In this document: positions 9,591 to 18,749 of the stretch, piece by piece
Position numbering within the stretch: the stretch's first letter is position 1
Layout: every line of letters begins with the position of its first letter
The notes under the pieces: model-generated
The model's database searches: none
What the model was told of the DNA's origin: nothing
The model's input: the letters and a program-made list of their open reading frames with translations, nothing else
Source: an uncultured Candidatus Binatia bacterium
Lineage (GTDB): Bacteria > Desulfobacterota > Binatia > UBA9968 > JAJDTQ01
NCBI GenBank assembly: GCA_965242525.1
Contig: OZ251459.1
Location: forward strand, 448,001-512,000
Length of the DNA: 64,000 nt
Direction: 5' to 3'
Program-made: the position numbers and the translations under genes

Positions 9591-10003
9591 GCGAGTACGG
9601 GAAACCGCTGCCGCCGCCGTCGGTGGAGTCGGCGCCGTTCTGGGAGGCCTGCAAGCGGCACGAGTTGACGGCGCCCCGTTGCGACGCCTGCGCGCACCAC
9701 TGGTTCCCGGCCACGGCCACGTGCCCCCGGTGCTGGAGCACGGACTGGACCTGGACCCGGGTGAGCGGAAGGGGGAAGGTCTATTCCTTCGGCGTCTATC
9801 ACCGGGCCTACCACAAGGGCTTTGCCGACGAGCTGCCCTACGCGCTGGTGATCGTCGAGTTGGAGGAGGGTCCCCGCCTCACCACCAACGTGGTGGACTG
9901 CAAGCCCGGCGAGCTGCGCTGCGACATGCCGGTGGAGGTGGTGTTCGAGGACGTCACCCAGGACCGGACCCTGTACAAGTTCCGGCCCGCGAGGGGCGGG
10001 TAG
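9587..10003 (+). CDS. DUF35 Zn-ribbon/OB-fold protein (thiolase partner)
   Basis: PFWEA, CxxC...CPxC, SGRGKVYSF, VELEEGPR; ATGA overlap with the thiolase stop. Confidence 0.9.
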   Translation: MSEYGKPLPPPSVESAPFWEACKRHELTAPRCDACAHHWFPATATCPRCWSTDWTWTRVSGRGKVYSFGVYHRAYHKGFADELPYALVIVELEEGPRLTTNVVDCKPGELRCDMPVEVVFEDVTQDRTLYKFRPARGG

Positions 10004-10029
10004 CCTCCGGTCCCGCCCGCGGAGGTCCC

Positions 10030-11202
10030 ATGCGACACAGCACCGAGCGCATACTCGTCACCCATACCGGAAGCCTGCCGCGCCCGCGGGAGCTCATCGA
10101 AGCGATGCTCGCGGAGAACGAGGGCAGGGAGGTGGACCGGGCCGACTACGAGGAAAGGCTCCGGCGGTCGGTCCATGAAATCGTGCGCCGGCAGGTGGAG
10201 CTGGGGGTGGACGTGGTGGACGACGGCGAGTTCAGCAAGCGCGGGTTCGCGGTGTACGCGCACCAGCGGCTCGACGGCCTCAGCGCCACCGGCCGGGTGC
10301 GGGTCTCGCCCTGGGACGATTCCCGCGAGTCCCGGGCGTTCCCGGAGTTCTACGCCGCGTCGAGGCCCCCGGCGGGCGCCAGGCCCAACCCCGGCAACAT
10401 GCAGATGGCCTGCACCGGCCCCATCGCCTACAAGGCCCGGGAAAGGCTCGCCCAGGACCTGGAGAACCTGAAGGCCGCGGTCGCCGACGCGGGAGCCGCG
10501 GAGGCGTTCGTGCCCGCCATCTCCCCCTGCGACGTGGCCGGCAACCTGGAGAACGAGTTCTACGCCACGGGCGAGGAGTTCCTCTACGCCATCGCCGACG
10601 CCCTGCGCGTGGAGTACCGGGCCATCGTCGATGCCGGGTTCCTGCTCCAGATCGACGACCCGCTGCTCGTCAACTACTATGTCAAGAACCCGCATCTGAG
10701 CGTCCCCCAGTGCCGGGCGTGGGCGGAAGGGCAGGTCGAAGCCATCAACCACGCCCTGCGGGGCATTCCCGAAGACCGGGTGCGCTACCACACCTGCTAC
10801 GGCATCAACATGGGGCCGCGGGTCCACGACATGGAGATGAAGGACTTCATCGACATCGTCCTCAGTATCCGCGCGGGGGCCTATTCCTTCGAGGCCTCCA
10901 ACCCGCGCCACGAGCACGAGTGGCGCATCTGGGAGGACGTGGAGCTGCCCGAGGGCAAGCTGGTGATCCCCGGCGTCATCACCCAGTCGTCGGTGGTGGT
11001 GGAGCACCCGGAGCTGGTGGCCGAACGGCTCCTGCGGTTCGCCGGACTCGTGGGGCGCGAGAACGTCATCGCCGGCAGCGACTGCGGCTTCGGCACCCAG
11101 GCCCTGGAAGTCCCGGAGATCCACCCGGCCATCGTCTGGGCCAAGTTCCGGGCCATGTCCGAAGGCGCGAGGCTGGCCAGCCGGAGGCTGTGGAGAGGGT
11201 GA
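10030..11202 (+). CDS. Cobalamin-independent methionine synthase II family (single-barrel MetE-like) protein
   Basis: THTGSLPRP, DDGEF, LQIDDP; Zn ligands in YHTCYG and GSDCGF. Confidence 0.88.
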   Translation: MRHSTERILVTHTGSLPRPRELIEAMLAENEGREVDRADYEERLRRSVHEIVRRQVELGVDVVDDGEFSKRGFAVYAHQRLDGLSATGRVRVSPWDDSRESRAFPEFYAASRPPAGARPNPGNMQMACTGPIAYKARERLAQDLENLKAAVADAGAAEAFVPAISPCDVAGNLENEFYATGEEFLYAIADALRVEYRAIVDAGFLLQIDDPLLVNYYVKNPHLSVPQCRAWAEGQVEAINHALRGIPEDRVRYHTCYGINMGPRVHDMEMKDFIDIVLSIRAGAYSFEASNPRHEHEWRIWEDVELPEGKLVIPGVITQSSVVVEHPELVAERLLRFAGLVGRENVIAGSDCGFGTQALEVPEIHPAIVWAKFRAMSEGARLASRRLWRG

Positions 11203-11312
11203 CAGGCCACTTGCGCATCGCGGTGCTTGTGTTACGGTCAAAGTAGGGCTTAGAAGACAAGAAAGAAAGGGTCCACAGGATTTCCGACAGTTGGGTTGTT
11301 GAGGAGAGAAGA

Positions 11313-12470
11313 GTGGAAGGCGCCTACAATCATCTTGGCTTGTCTGATTGGCCGTTCTCTGTTGTGCCGAGGGCCAATTTGTGTACGTTTATCGCAGGGA
11401 GGCCTCAACTGGATTCAGACGTCAACGAGTTGCTCCGTAGTTTATCGAGGCGTGACGCGTCTTCCATCCATGTTTTGTGGTCCTGGTTCGGTGCGGGCAA
11501 GACACATTCCCTTTATTTTCTCGCCAACCGTGCAAGAGACTGGAACGGTAATAGGCCGCTGGTCCAACTTCATCCGGTATACACAGAATTCCCAAGATCG
11601 GCCAAGAGTTTCGTTGATCTCTACCGAGCCTTTGCCAGTTCGATGAATCTCCAGGTATTTGCCGACGCGTTTCTTGAACTGGGCACTTCACCGCAGCAGC
11701 AGTTGATATACGATGATCTTCTCTCCAAGAATCCAGATCTCGCAAATGCCCTCAGGATTCTGGCTACCGGGACTAGTCGAGAACAAACGGTAGCAAGGCG
11801 CTGGCTTAGGGGAGACGTCCTTCCACAGGCAGAATTCCGTCGCGTTGGTATCTCTCAAAGGATACGTACTACCGACCTGGGTACACAGACACTTGCCGCT
11901 CTGATTAACCTTCTGACCCCGGCGGAGCAGTTGAGAGGACGGCAAGGTCATCGTCTAATCTGGCTGATCGACGAGTTTCAGCGTGTACAGCACACGGGAA
12001 GGAACGCAATCCTGGACGTCAATGCAGGACTACATTCACTCTTTAACGCATGCCCTGCAGGGCTGTCTCTGGTATTGTCGTTTTCCGGGCAACCGGACTC
12101 CAAGAGCCTCCCCTCGTGGTTTAGTCCCGAAATGAAGGACCGTATCGGGGTAACGAAAGTAATGGTACTACCGCCCCTTCAAAGAACTGAAGCGCGGAGA
12201 TTTATCGAAGACGTCCTCGAGCAGTTCCGTATGGACGGACACAAGGATTCGATTTTGTATCCATTTACTACAGAATCGTGCGATGCGATTTTGGATTACC
12301 TTGAAGAGAAAGGTAACCTACGTCCACGTTCCGTAATGGAGGCATTCAATGCGGTTCTCGAGAAGGCCGACCCTCAAATCGAAATGAAACAGTTCAACTC
12401 GATTTCCGCGGCGTTCGCCAAGGGCGCGCTTGCAGGTCACGTGTTCCTTTCCAGTGAAGAAGGACAGTGA
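11313..12470 (+). CDS. P-loop AAA+-type ATPase (ExeA/Cdc6-like N-terminus)
   Basis: GAGGAG RBS and GTG start. YNHLGLSDWPF N-terminus, Walker A SWFGAGKT, Walker B WLIDE, C-terminal YPFT...LRPR. Confidence 0.8.
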   Translation: MEGAYNHLGLSDWPFSVVPRANLCTFIAGRPQLDSDVNELLRSLSRRDASSIHVLWSWFGAGKTHSLYFLANRARDWNGNRPLVQLHPVYTEFPRSAKSFVDLYRAFASSMNLQVFADAFLELGTSPQQQLIYDDLLSKNPDLANALRILATGTSREQTVARRWLRGDVLPQAEFRRVGISQRIRTTDLGTQTLAALINLLTPAEQLRGRQGHRLIWLIDEFQRVQHTGRNAILDVNAGLHSLFNACPAGLSLVLSFSGQPDSKSLPSWFSPEMKDRIGVTKVMVLPPLQRTEARRFIEDVLEQFRMDGHKDSILYPFTTESCDAILDYLEEKGNLRPRSVMEAFNAVLEKADPQIEMKQFNSISAAFAKGALAGHVFLSSEEGQ

Positions 12471-12476
12471 GTCACC

Positions 12477-13247
12477 ATGAGTAGCTTGCTTCAAGTCTTA
12501 GGTGAGCTTGGCGTCGACGAAACATTGGATGAGCTTATGAGGTCATCAGAGGCGGCATTCGACAGAAACCATCTCGAAGACGTCTTCCAGGATCATGGTG
12601 CGGTTTCGCCTGCTCAGCTATTTGACCGTCTCCTGAATTCTAATATACTGCAAACCATTGGCCAACGGTTTGGATTATCGGCTTACGGTCGCAAGCTTTC
12701 ACTGCTGATCAGCGCTATCAATGGAGCCGACATCGAGAATGTGTTTTTTCGCCTACGCCGTATTGACGGACAACAACCCACTTACGAATTGGTCAGAAAG
12801 GGAATGACTACAGAGTTTTTTACTTCCTTGATTGACCGACCAGGAGTTGGTGCCCTGTATATTTGTTCTCCTTGGATAAATCCGCTGGAAGAGGATTGCA
12901 AGAGGCTGAAGTATGCGATGACAGATGAGGAGAGGCGTACTGGAATACGACCAAGACTACAGGTCGTGACACGTCCCCCTGAGACTCAACCTCGTGGTAC
13001 AGAGACAGGATTGGATTGTTTCCGAGAGGTAGGCGGAACTGTCTATTACCACAAGAAATTGCATAGCAAACTGTATATTAGAGAACCAGGTTTGAACGGC
13101 GGACTGCTGTTAGCGATCGTAGGTTCCGAGAACCTAACCCGCTCCAGTTGGCTGGAACTTGGTATTATGGTTAACGGTGACGACTGGATGGTCAACCAAC
13201 TAATTGGTTACTTTGTCAACCTGGCGAACATCTCTACAGAAGCCTAG
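12477..13247 (+). CDS. Phospholipase D-like (single HKD) nuclease with putative N-terminal winged helix
   Basis: LYICSPWI, LQVVTRP, LHSKLYIRE (HxKxxxxE), IVGSENLT...ELGI. Confidence 0.8.
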   Translation: MSSLLQVLGELGVDETLDELMRSSEAAFDRNHLEDVFQDHGAVSPAQLFDRLLNSNILQTIGQRFGLSAYGRKLSLLISAINGADIENVFFRLRRIDGQQPTYELVRKGMTTEFFTSLIDRPGVGALYICSPWINPLEEDCKRLKYAMTDEERRTGIRPRLQVVTRPPETQPRGTETGLDCFREVGGTVYYHKKLHSKLYIREPGLNGGLLLAIVGSENLTRSSWLELGIMVNGDDWMVNQLIGYFVNLANISTEA

Positions 13248-13257
13248 GAGGACTTCC

Positions 13258-14400
13258 ATGAATGACGTGAAGGAGCTAATCGCAGACAAGTACGGGTTAT
13301 CTCGCGATAATTTCATTCTCGACCCAATCGAGGATTTTGCTTGTTTTGCGAGAGACGACATAGCGGTACAGGACATTGCAGAAGGCCTCGACATTGACCT
13401 GGTGACAGGATTGGCGCCGAAGCGTCTGGTCTGGGGACCATATGGTGGCGGCAAAACACATATGTTAATGAATACCATGAGCCAGTTGAAGAGACTTACA
13501 GACATAAAGCCAGTCAGGATTGAGTGCCCGGATCTATCGAGGAAATCCCGATTCCATGATCTGTATCGTGAAGGAATTATGCGAGGTTTAGGAGAAGGTT
13601 TCGTGATAGGATTGATGGAGGATGTCGTTCAGAAGGTGGGCTTTAAACCACGAGATGCATTGCGCTCTGAACTCACAAGATGGTTTAGCGATGAGGAGGT
13701 CGGAAAGGCCGCAGAGCAACTGTATAATCCGAACTTCGAACGACTGAAGCTGTGGCGCTGGATCTCCGGGGTAGGGATGTCACGGGCCGATCTGGATCTG
13801 CTGGGACAGAGTCAGGATCTGACGCAAGCCGAAGCGGCTCGACTTGCGGACTTGGTCGTAATGCTTGGTATGTTACTGAAGGGTCTCCGAGGAGAAACGT
13901 TGGTATTAATTCTAGATGAGATGGAACGCCTTAGGACTATCGGTCCTGAAGCTATCCCGACCTTCATTTCAGGATTCTCGCACTTGGTCGACCCGAGTCA
14001 ACGTCACGTGAGTGTGCTCATTGGTGCATCCGCGGCATTACAAACTGAAATGGTGGAAATCTTTAGCGTGGGAAGTCCAGTGATGTCACGATTAGGCGAA
14101 GACGTTAATATCGAGGTTGCTCCTTTGCAGGCTCAAGATGTTGCCCAGTTTGTCGAGAAGTTGCTTGATTTTGTTAGGAAGAGGGAGTTTGATGTGGCGG
14201 CCGCTATGAAAGCAGTTAACACGTCGACGCAGGAGACCTTGCAGGCGAAATTCTATCCTTTTACGAAAGAGGCTGTTGATGCAATGAGTTCCAATCTTGT
14301 TGCGCTGACGCCGCGTGCCATCACAATGCAATTGACGCGAGCGCTGGGGCGAGCTTATCGACGAGAACAGGGTGTGATTACTACAGAATGTGTTTCATAG
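13258..14400 (+). CDS. Second P-loop AAA+-type ATPase
   Basis: AGGAGG RBS overlapping the upstream stop. Walker A GPYGGGKT, Walker B LILDEME, C-terminal YPFTKEA...LTPR. Confidence 0.8.
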   Translation: MNDVKELIADKYGLSRDNFILDPIEDFACFARDDIAVQDIAEGLDIDLVTGLAPKRLVWGPYGGGKTHMLMNTMSQLKRLTDIKPVRIECPDLSRKSRFHDLYREGIMRGLGEGFVIGLMEDVVQKVGFKPRDALRSELTRWFSDEEVGKAAEQLYNPNFERLKLWRWISGVGMSRADLDLLGQSQDLTQAEAARLADLVVMLGMLLKGLRGETLVLILDEMERLRTIGPEAIPTFISGFSHLVDPSQRHVSVLIGASAALQTEMVEIFSVGSPVMSRLGEDVNIEVAPLQAQDVAQFVEKLLDFVRKREFDVAAAMKAVNTSTQETLQAKFYPFTKEAVDAMSSNLVALTPRAITMQLTRALGRAYRREQGVITTECVS

Positions 14401-14410
14401 GTCAGAGACA

Positions 14411-15886
14411 ATGGCAGGACAAATCCCAGACATGCGATTTCGGTTGACCCATACATTTAGTGCACAACCTCCACTCATATGCGATCCGATGTCGGGCAAA
14501 GGGTTGCTTATAGGCCAAAATGCTCCCAGAGACACGCCGGAGGCCATCTACCTGGGCAAGAGCGCTGAAACCCCGCACCAGAATGTGTGGATGGACACAA
14601 GAGGGGCACATGTCCTATATGTAATGGGCAAGCGACGCAGTGGCAAGAGCTATACACTGGGTACCATCGCGGAAGGACTTGTGTCGACGAAATGGATACA
14701 TCAAGGCCAAATGTTCCCTGGCGTTTTGATTTTGGACACGATGAATGTCTATTTGACCATGCCCTTTACCATAGAAGGCACGTTGTCCGAGGAACACCCG
14801 GAAGTTAGGGAAGCCAGAAAGTGGAAATTGGAGGTTGACGACCTCCAGCCGAGACTTTTTTCGCCTAGCGGATTCGAATTGCCAAAGGGGGTTGAAGGAG
14901 AGACGATCACCCTTAGGGCATCTGATCTAGGCATAGAGGAGTGGTGCGGGTTGTTCCAAGTAGATCCTTTTGTAGATCCGATGGGACACCTGTTAACAAC
15001 TGTTTGCTCCAAACTTCTCCAGGAGGGAATGCGAGACAAGGAAACGGGTAGGGTGAGAGAACCTAATGAGGTTTTCGACATCCCAGAAATGATCGAGGTC
15101 GTGGACAGGGACCTGGAAGTGGACGCGTTTGCTGTTGACACACGTGAAGCATTAAAGCGACGCTTGCAGGCTCTCGCCCGGTTGCCACTCTTTGGGCCAG
15201 ATGGGCTGGACGTACGATATTTGCTCCAACCGGGAAGAATTTCGATTCTCCTCCTCCGCGACCTTGATGCCGAAATGCGGTCCGTGTTGGTTTCGCTGAT
15301 AATCAAACGTGTGATTCAATTGCGATCCCTGTCCGAGCAGCACGAGCGTCTTATTCCAATTCATAGAGAAAGGGCGGCAAAGCTCATGCAGTCAGACCCC
15401 GTAGCGGCGCAAAAAGAGAGGGATGAGGCGCGGTTTTGCGAAGAGCGAGCCAAGGAAGGCCTAGCGCGCTCCTGGATCATCATTGATGAGGCTCACAACT
15501 ACATACCGGCTAGGGGTCACGCAGCGTCGCGAAAGCCACTCAAGAAATATGTTGATGAAGGTAGAAACGTAGGTCTTTCGATTGTGGTCGCCACGCAACA
15601 GCCTTCCGGTCTTGATCCGTCAATTCAACGAAACGCTGACATGATTTTAGTTCATTCGCTGAGTCACCAGGATGACATTGTCGCTGCGAGAGGAATGATC
15701 AACACATCTAATCCCGACGAAGTGGTCTTGGATGGCAAGTACAAATTCCAGGCAAATAAGACCTTCGAAGCATTAGTGAGGAGCCTTCCTATCGGTTATG
15801 CGGTTGCGTCGACTGATCGCGCTAACCGGCTGTTTCCGATAAAGATAAGGCCGAGAGCGACAGTACACGGAGGAGGTGACTATTGA
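14411..15886 (+). CDS. HerA/FtsK-like (DUF87-type) ATPase
   Basis: Walker A GKRRSGKS, ILDTMN, Walker B IIIDEAH, EGRNVGLSIVVATQQP, C-terminal IRPRATVHGG. Alternative start at 14390. Confidence 0.85.
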   Translation: MAGQIPDMRFRLTHTFSAQPPLICDPMSGKGLLIGQNAPRDTPEAIYLGKSAETPHQNVWMDTRGAHVLYVMGKRRSGKSYTLGTIAEGLVSTKWIHQGQMFPGVLILDTMNVYLTMPFTIEGTLSEEHPEVREARKWKLEVDDLQPRLFSPSGFELPKGVEGETITLRASDLGIEEWCGLFQVDPFVDPMGHLLTTVCSKLLQEGMRDKETGRVREPNEVFDIPEMIEVVDRDLEVDAFAVDTREALKRRLQALARLPLFGPDGLDVRYLLQPGRISILLLRDLDAEMRSVLVSLIIKRVIQLRSLSEQHERLIPIHRERAAKLMQSDPVAAQKERDEARFCEERAKEGLARSWIIIDEAHNYIPARGHAASRKPLKKYVDEGRNVGLSIVVATQQPSGLDPSIQRNADMILVHSLSHQDDIVAARGMINTSNPDEVVLDGKYKFQANKTFEALVRSLPIGYAVASTDRANRLFPIKIRPRATVHGGGDY

Positions 15887-16911
15887 TAGAAGTACGATTA
15901 CTTGGGCGTACTCATTACCAGGTACTGGAGCCAGCATTACTTAGATTGCTGATTCAGGCTTGTACCTCGCCGACAAGTAGTGCTTTTCGAGACCAAGTAG
16001 CCAGAAAACTCTCTGGCTGTCAACGCGATTTGAATGTAGTGGCTGCCGGTTACGCGGTTGATCTAGCCAAGGGGTTGAGGCTTGTGCATGCGAATTTAGT
16101 CTGGACCCATTTGGCCCATTTGTTGAACATAGTAGCGGGTAAGGGTATGGCAGACTCGTGGCCAGAACTCAATGACGCAGAGCGAATCGTATTTTTCAGA
16201 CTTTTCCTTGAATTCGATGGCGCTGCGCTGATTTTCTTTGCGAAGAAGATCGAAGTACAATCTCAGGTTCCAGTTCAGGACGAAGGCTGGACGGAGATAG
16301 CTCAAGATCTCTTCAAGAACACGTACGAAGAGTACCTGGAGTTCGCTACCGGTCCCGAATTTCGGATTCGGTTGCGCCAATTGCTCGAAAAACGACGACG
16401 TCGCCCATTTCAAGGTAGGTCGGGCACGCATCAGTCGTGGCTTCATATACACGCGCTTCACAGGTTGGACCTTGTGGAGCAAGTGGAGGGGGGGGGCACA
16501 CGAGTCTACAGAGGTAAATCACAGGTAAGGGGGATGCAACGGCCCACGCATAGGCTAATCGGTGCAATCCCTGACCTAAGGGTTTTGGAGAAGGTCGTAG
16601 ATGCTGGCATGTGTTACGAAGTAGTTGGCGAAGTACTCGGATATGTATATTCTGATCAAGAGATGTGCGACACTGAGTTTATGGATAAAGTTCGATCAAT
16701 ATATCGTGATGTGATGGCTACTGGCATCGCGATTTGTCCGATACAGACGGTGACAGAAGCAATACAAGTCCAATCAATCATGGAATGTCACAAACCGCCC
16801 AGAACAGAGCATATACTAGAGCGACTGAAGGTGATGCAACGATATGCCCCTCGTGAGATACGATTCCACGTAGATAGGTCTGGATTTCCAGCTTACATAA
16901 AAATGGACTAA
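15883..16911 (+). CDS. Hypothetical protein, possibly winged-helix DNA-binding
   Basis: 342-codon ORF in low-GC DNA, GGAGGAGGTG RBS, TTGA overlap with the HerA stop. No catalytic motif recognised. Confidence 0.75.
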   Translation: MIEVRLLGRTHYQVLEPALLRLLIQACTSPTSSAFRDQVARKLSGCQRDLNVVAAGYAVDLAKGLRLVHANLVWTHLAHLLNIVAGKGMADSWPELNDAERIVFFRLFLEFDGAALIFFAKKIEVQSQVPVQDEGWTEIAQDLFKNTYEEYLEFATGPEFRIRLRQLLEKRRRRPFQGRSGTHQSWLHIHALHRLDLVEQVEGGGTRVYRGKSQVRGMQRPTHRLIGAIPDLRVLEKVVDAGMCYEVVGEVLGYVYSDQEMCDTEFMDKVRSIYRDVMATGIAICPIQTVTEAIQVQSIMECHKPPRTEHILERLKVMQRYAPREIRFHVDRSGFPAYIKMD

Positions 16912-16958
16912 TCTGCAAGATAGAGGGATGGAGGGGAGGGCGTGGCGGAGGGTGTTGT

Positions 16959-18308
16959 TCAGATCCTTTCGTAAACGAGGACGTACTCCTTGTCGATATC
17001 AGCACTGTTATGCCGAGAGTATGTCATATACCGATTTTTTATAGGATACCAATATAGATCGACCAGACGAAATCCGGACGCGGCCATTTCGTTAAACAAC
17101 TCTACGGTCGGGATTTCGGACCCGTTCCAAGAGTTTTTCCCAACCACGAAGATTGCCCGGCATCCAGGAAGTAACAAGGCAGCTAAACCGGCGAGACATT
17201 TTGTCATAGAACACACGTAATGTTTAAAGTTGCGTGCACGCTCTTCGTTCAGGACGGTGATTTTCTTTTCCCATTTTTGCGCTAGTCTAGAGGTGAGTTC
17301 GCCATTTCGGACTACGGAGTTTGACTTTGGAACCCTGTCAAGACCTATGTAGTGAGAACGGAGAGCCAGTCGAGCTTGGCGACTATCAATCAAGTCCAAC
17401 CAGTACATTTCAAGAGTATGTCGACGGTGATAGTCAACTGCGTTCTGGTAAGGCGGTGAAGTAATCACTACATCTACTGGTTTGCGAATGTACTTTCGTA
17501 TCTGAGTGGCGTTCCCACGCCTTACTTGGCCGAGTTTCCGGTTGGCTCCTGCACGGCACTCAAACTGTTCCCAATCATCGAGTGCACGGGCTATCGCACG
17601 CCTTAACAGCAAGTACGGATTGACGTGTCGTCCCCTTTCTTCGAGCTTGAGCATGTGAGAGGTAACTTCGAGGCCGGATACAGGGACAGGATCGGCGTTT
17701 GACGACTTCCGGATGATGGATGCGTAACATAATTTGAGAAATTTGCGAGGAGAGGGATCGATCTGTAAGCGATTGATTTCGCGTTTAATCACGCCAAGGT
17801 CGACTGCGACATAACGACGAAACCAATGAAATAGATTGGGTATGGGAGGCAGCGAGAGGGTTTCGGTTTGAATCTCTGCTTGGAACTCGACGTCGGTGAG
17901 GTCTTGAAACATGAGGCGTTTGTAGTCCTCCTTTGACCTTTCGAAATTTGCCAATACGGTGAGCAATTTCTGAGTGGCGTCTCGTAGTCGACTGGCGGAA
18001 ATCGGCAGGATCTTAGCGTTGCTGACAAAGGTGGCGACCGGATCGACGTCGATCCCAATAATTCTTCGGCCGAGAGGCAATGCCTCCACAAGTAAGGTGC
18101 CACTGCCGCAGAAAGGATCGAGGATTACGTCTTGCGGCTTGGTGAATTTTTCAATGAGTGCCCGGGCGACTGGAGGATGGAATTTTGCAGGGTACCGGAA
18201 CAAATAATGTGTTAACCGCTCGGGAACCTGCTGGTCGAAATGGAATCTCGACAATTTAGGTTTTCGTATCACGTGATAGTTGGAAAACATCTGATGCAAC
18301 TCATACAT
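16959..18308 (-). CDS. Amino-DNA methyltransferase, probably N4-cytosine, alpha motif order
   Basis: THYLFRYPAKF, SAM motif LDPFCGSGT followed later by catalytic VITSPPY; C-terminal EYVLV. Confidence 0.88.
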   Translation of the reverse strand: MYELHQMFSNYHVIRKPKLSRFHFDQQVPERLTHYLFRYPAKFHPPVARALIEKFTKPQDVILDPFCGSGTLLVEALPLGRRIIGIDVDPVATFVSNAKILPISASRLRDATQKLLTVLANFERSKEDYKRLMFQDLTDVEFQAEIQTETLSLPPIPNLFHWFRRYVAVDLGVIKREINRLQIDPSPRKFLKLCYASIIRKSSNADPVPVSGLEVTSHMLKLEERGRHVNPYLLLRRAIARALDDWEQFECRAGANRKLGQVRRGNATQIRKYIRKPVDVVITSPPYQNAVDYHRRHTLEMYWLDLIDSRQARLALRSHYIGLDRVPKSNSVVRNGELTSRLAQKWEKKITVLNEERARNFKHYVCSMTKCLAGLAALLLPGCRAIFVVGKNSWNGSEIPTVELFNEMAASGFRLVDLYWYPIKNRYMTYSRHNSADIDKEYVLVYERI

Positions 18309-18413
18309 TGTAGGCGTGGAACGCTCAGGTTACCAACGGATCGTTAATCTTTCGGCCTTTCGCTCCACAGGATGATACTGCCTCCCGCTCGTGAGGTGGG
18401 CGCGGGCGGCGGG

Positions 18414-18749
18414 TCAGACTTCGTCGTCGAGTGCATCCTGTTTGCGCTTGATGACCGCTCCCATATCCAGGCCGATCCTCGCCCAGTCGTCTCTCAAGGC
18501 GCTGGACACGTCTGCATGGGGGATGGTGATCCGTCGGGCCGGATGGGCAAACGAAGTGACCTCGGCGATACCCGTCACGAAGGAGTTCCACAGACACAGC
18601 ACTCTTGGCCGGAAGCGATGGGACGGGGGGCGCCGGACACGTGGTTTCGGAGTTCTTCCATGTGCAATGGACACGGCCTTGTCCTCATCGGGTGCGGGCG
18701 GGCAAGAAGTTGCCATGCCGTAACCGCCGCATCGGATAGCGGCGGACAT
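18414..18749 (-). CDS. Small hypothetical protein
   Basis: GAGGTGG RBS before ATG 18749. C-terminal ALRDDWARIGLDM helix looks like a real protein motif. Confidence 0.45.
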   Translation of the reverse strand: MSAAIRCGGYGMATSCPPAPDEDKAVSIAHGRTPKPRVRRPPSHRFRPRVLCLWNSFVTGIAEVTSFAHPARRITIPHADVSSALRDDWARIGLDMGAVIKRKQDALDDEV

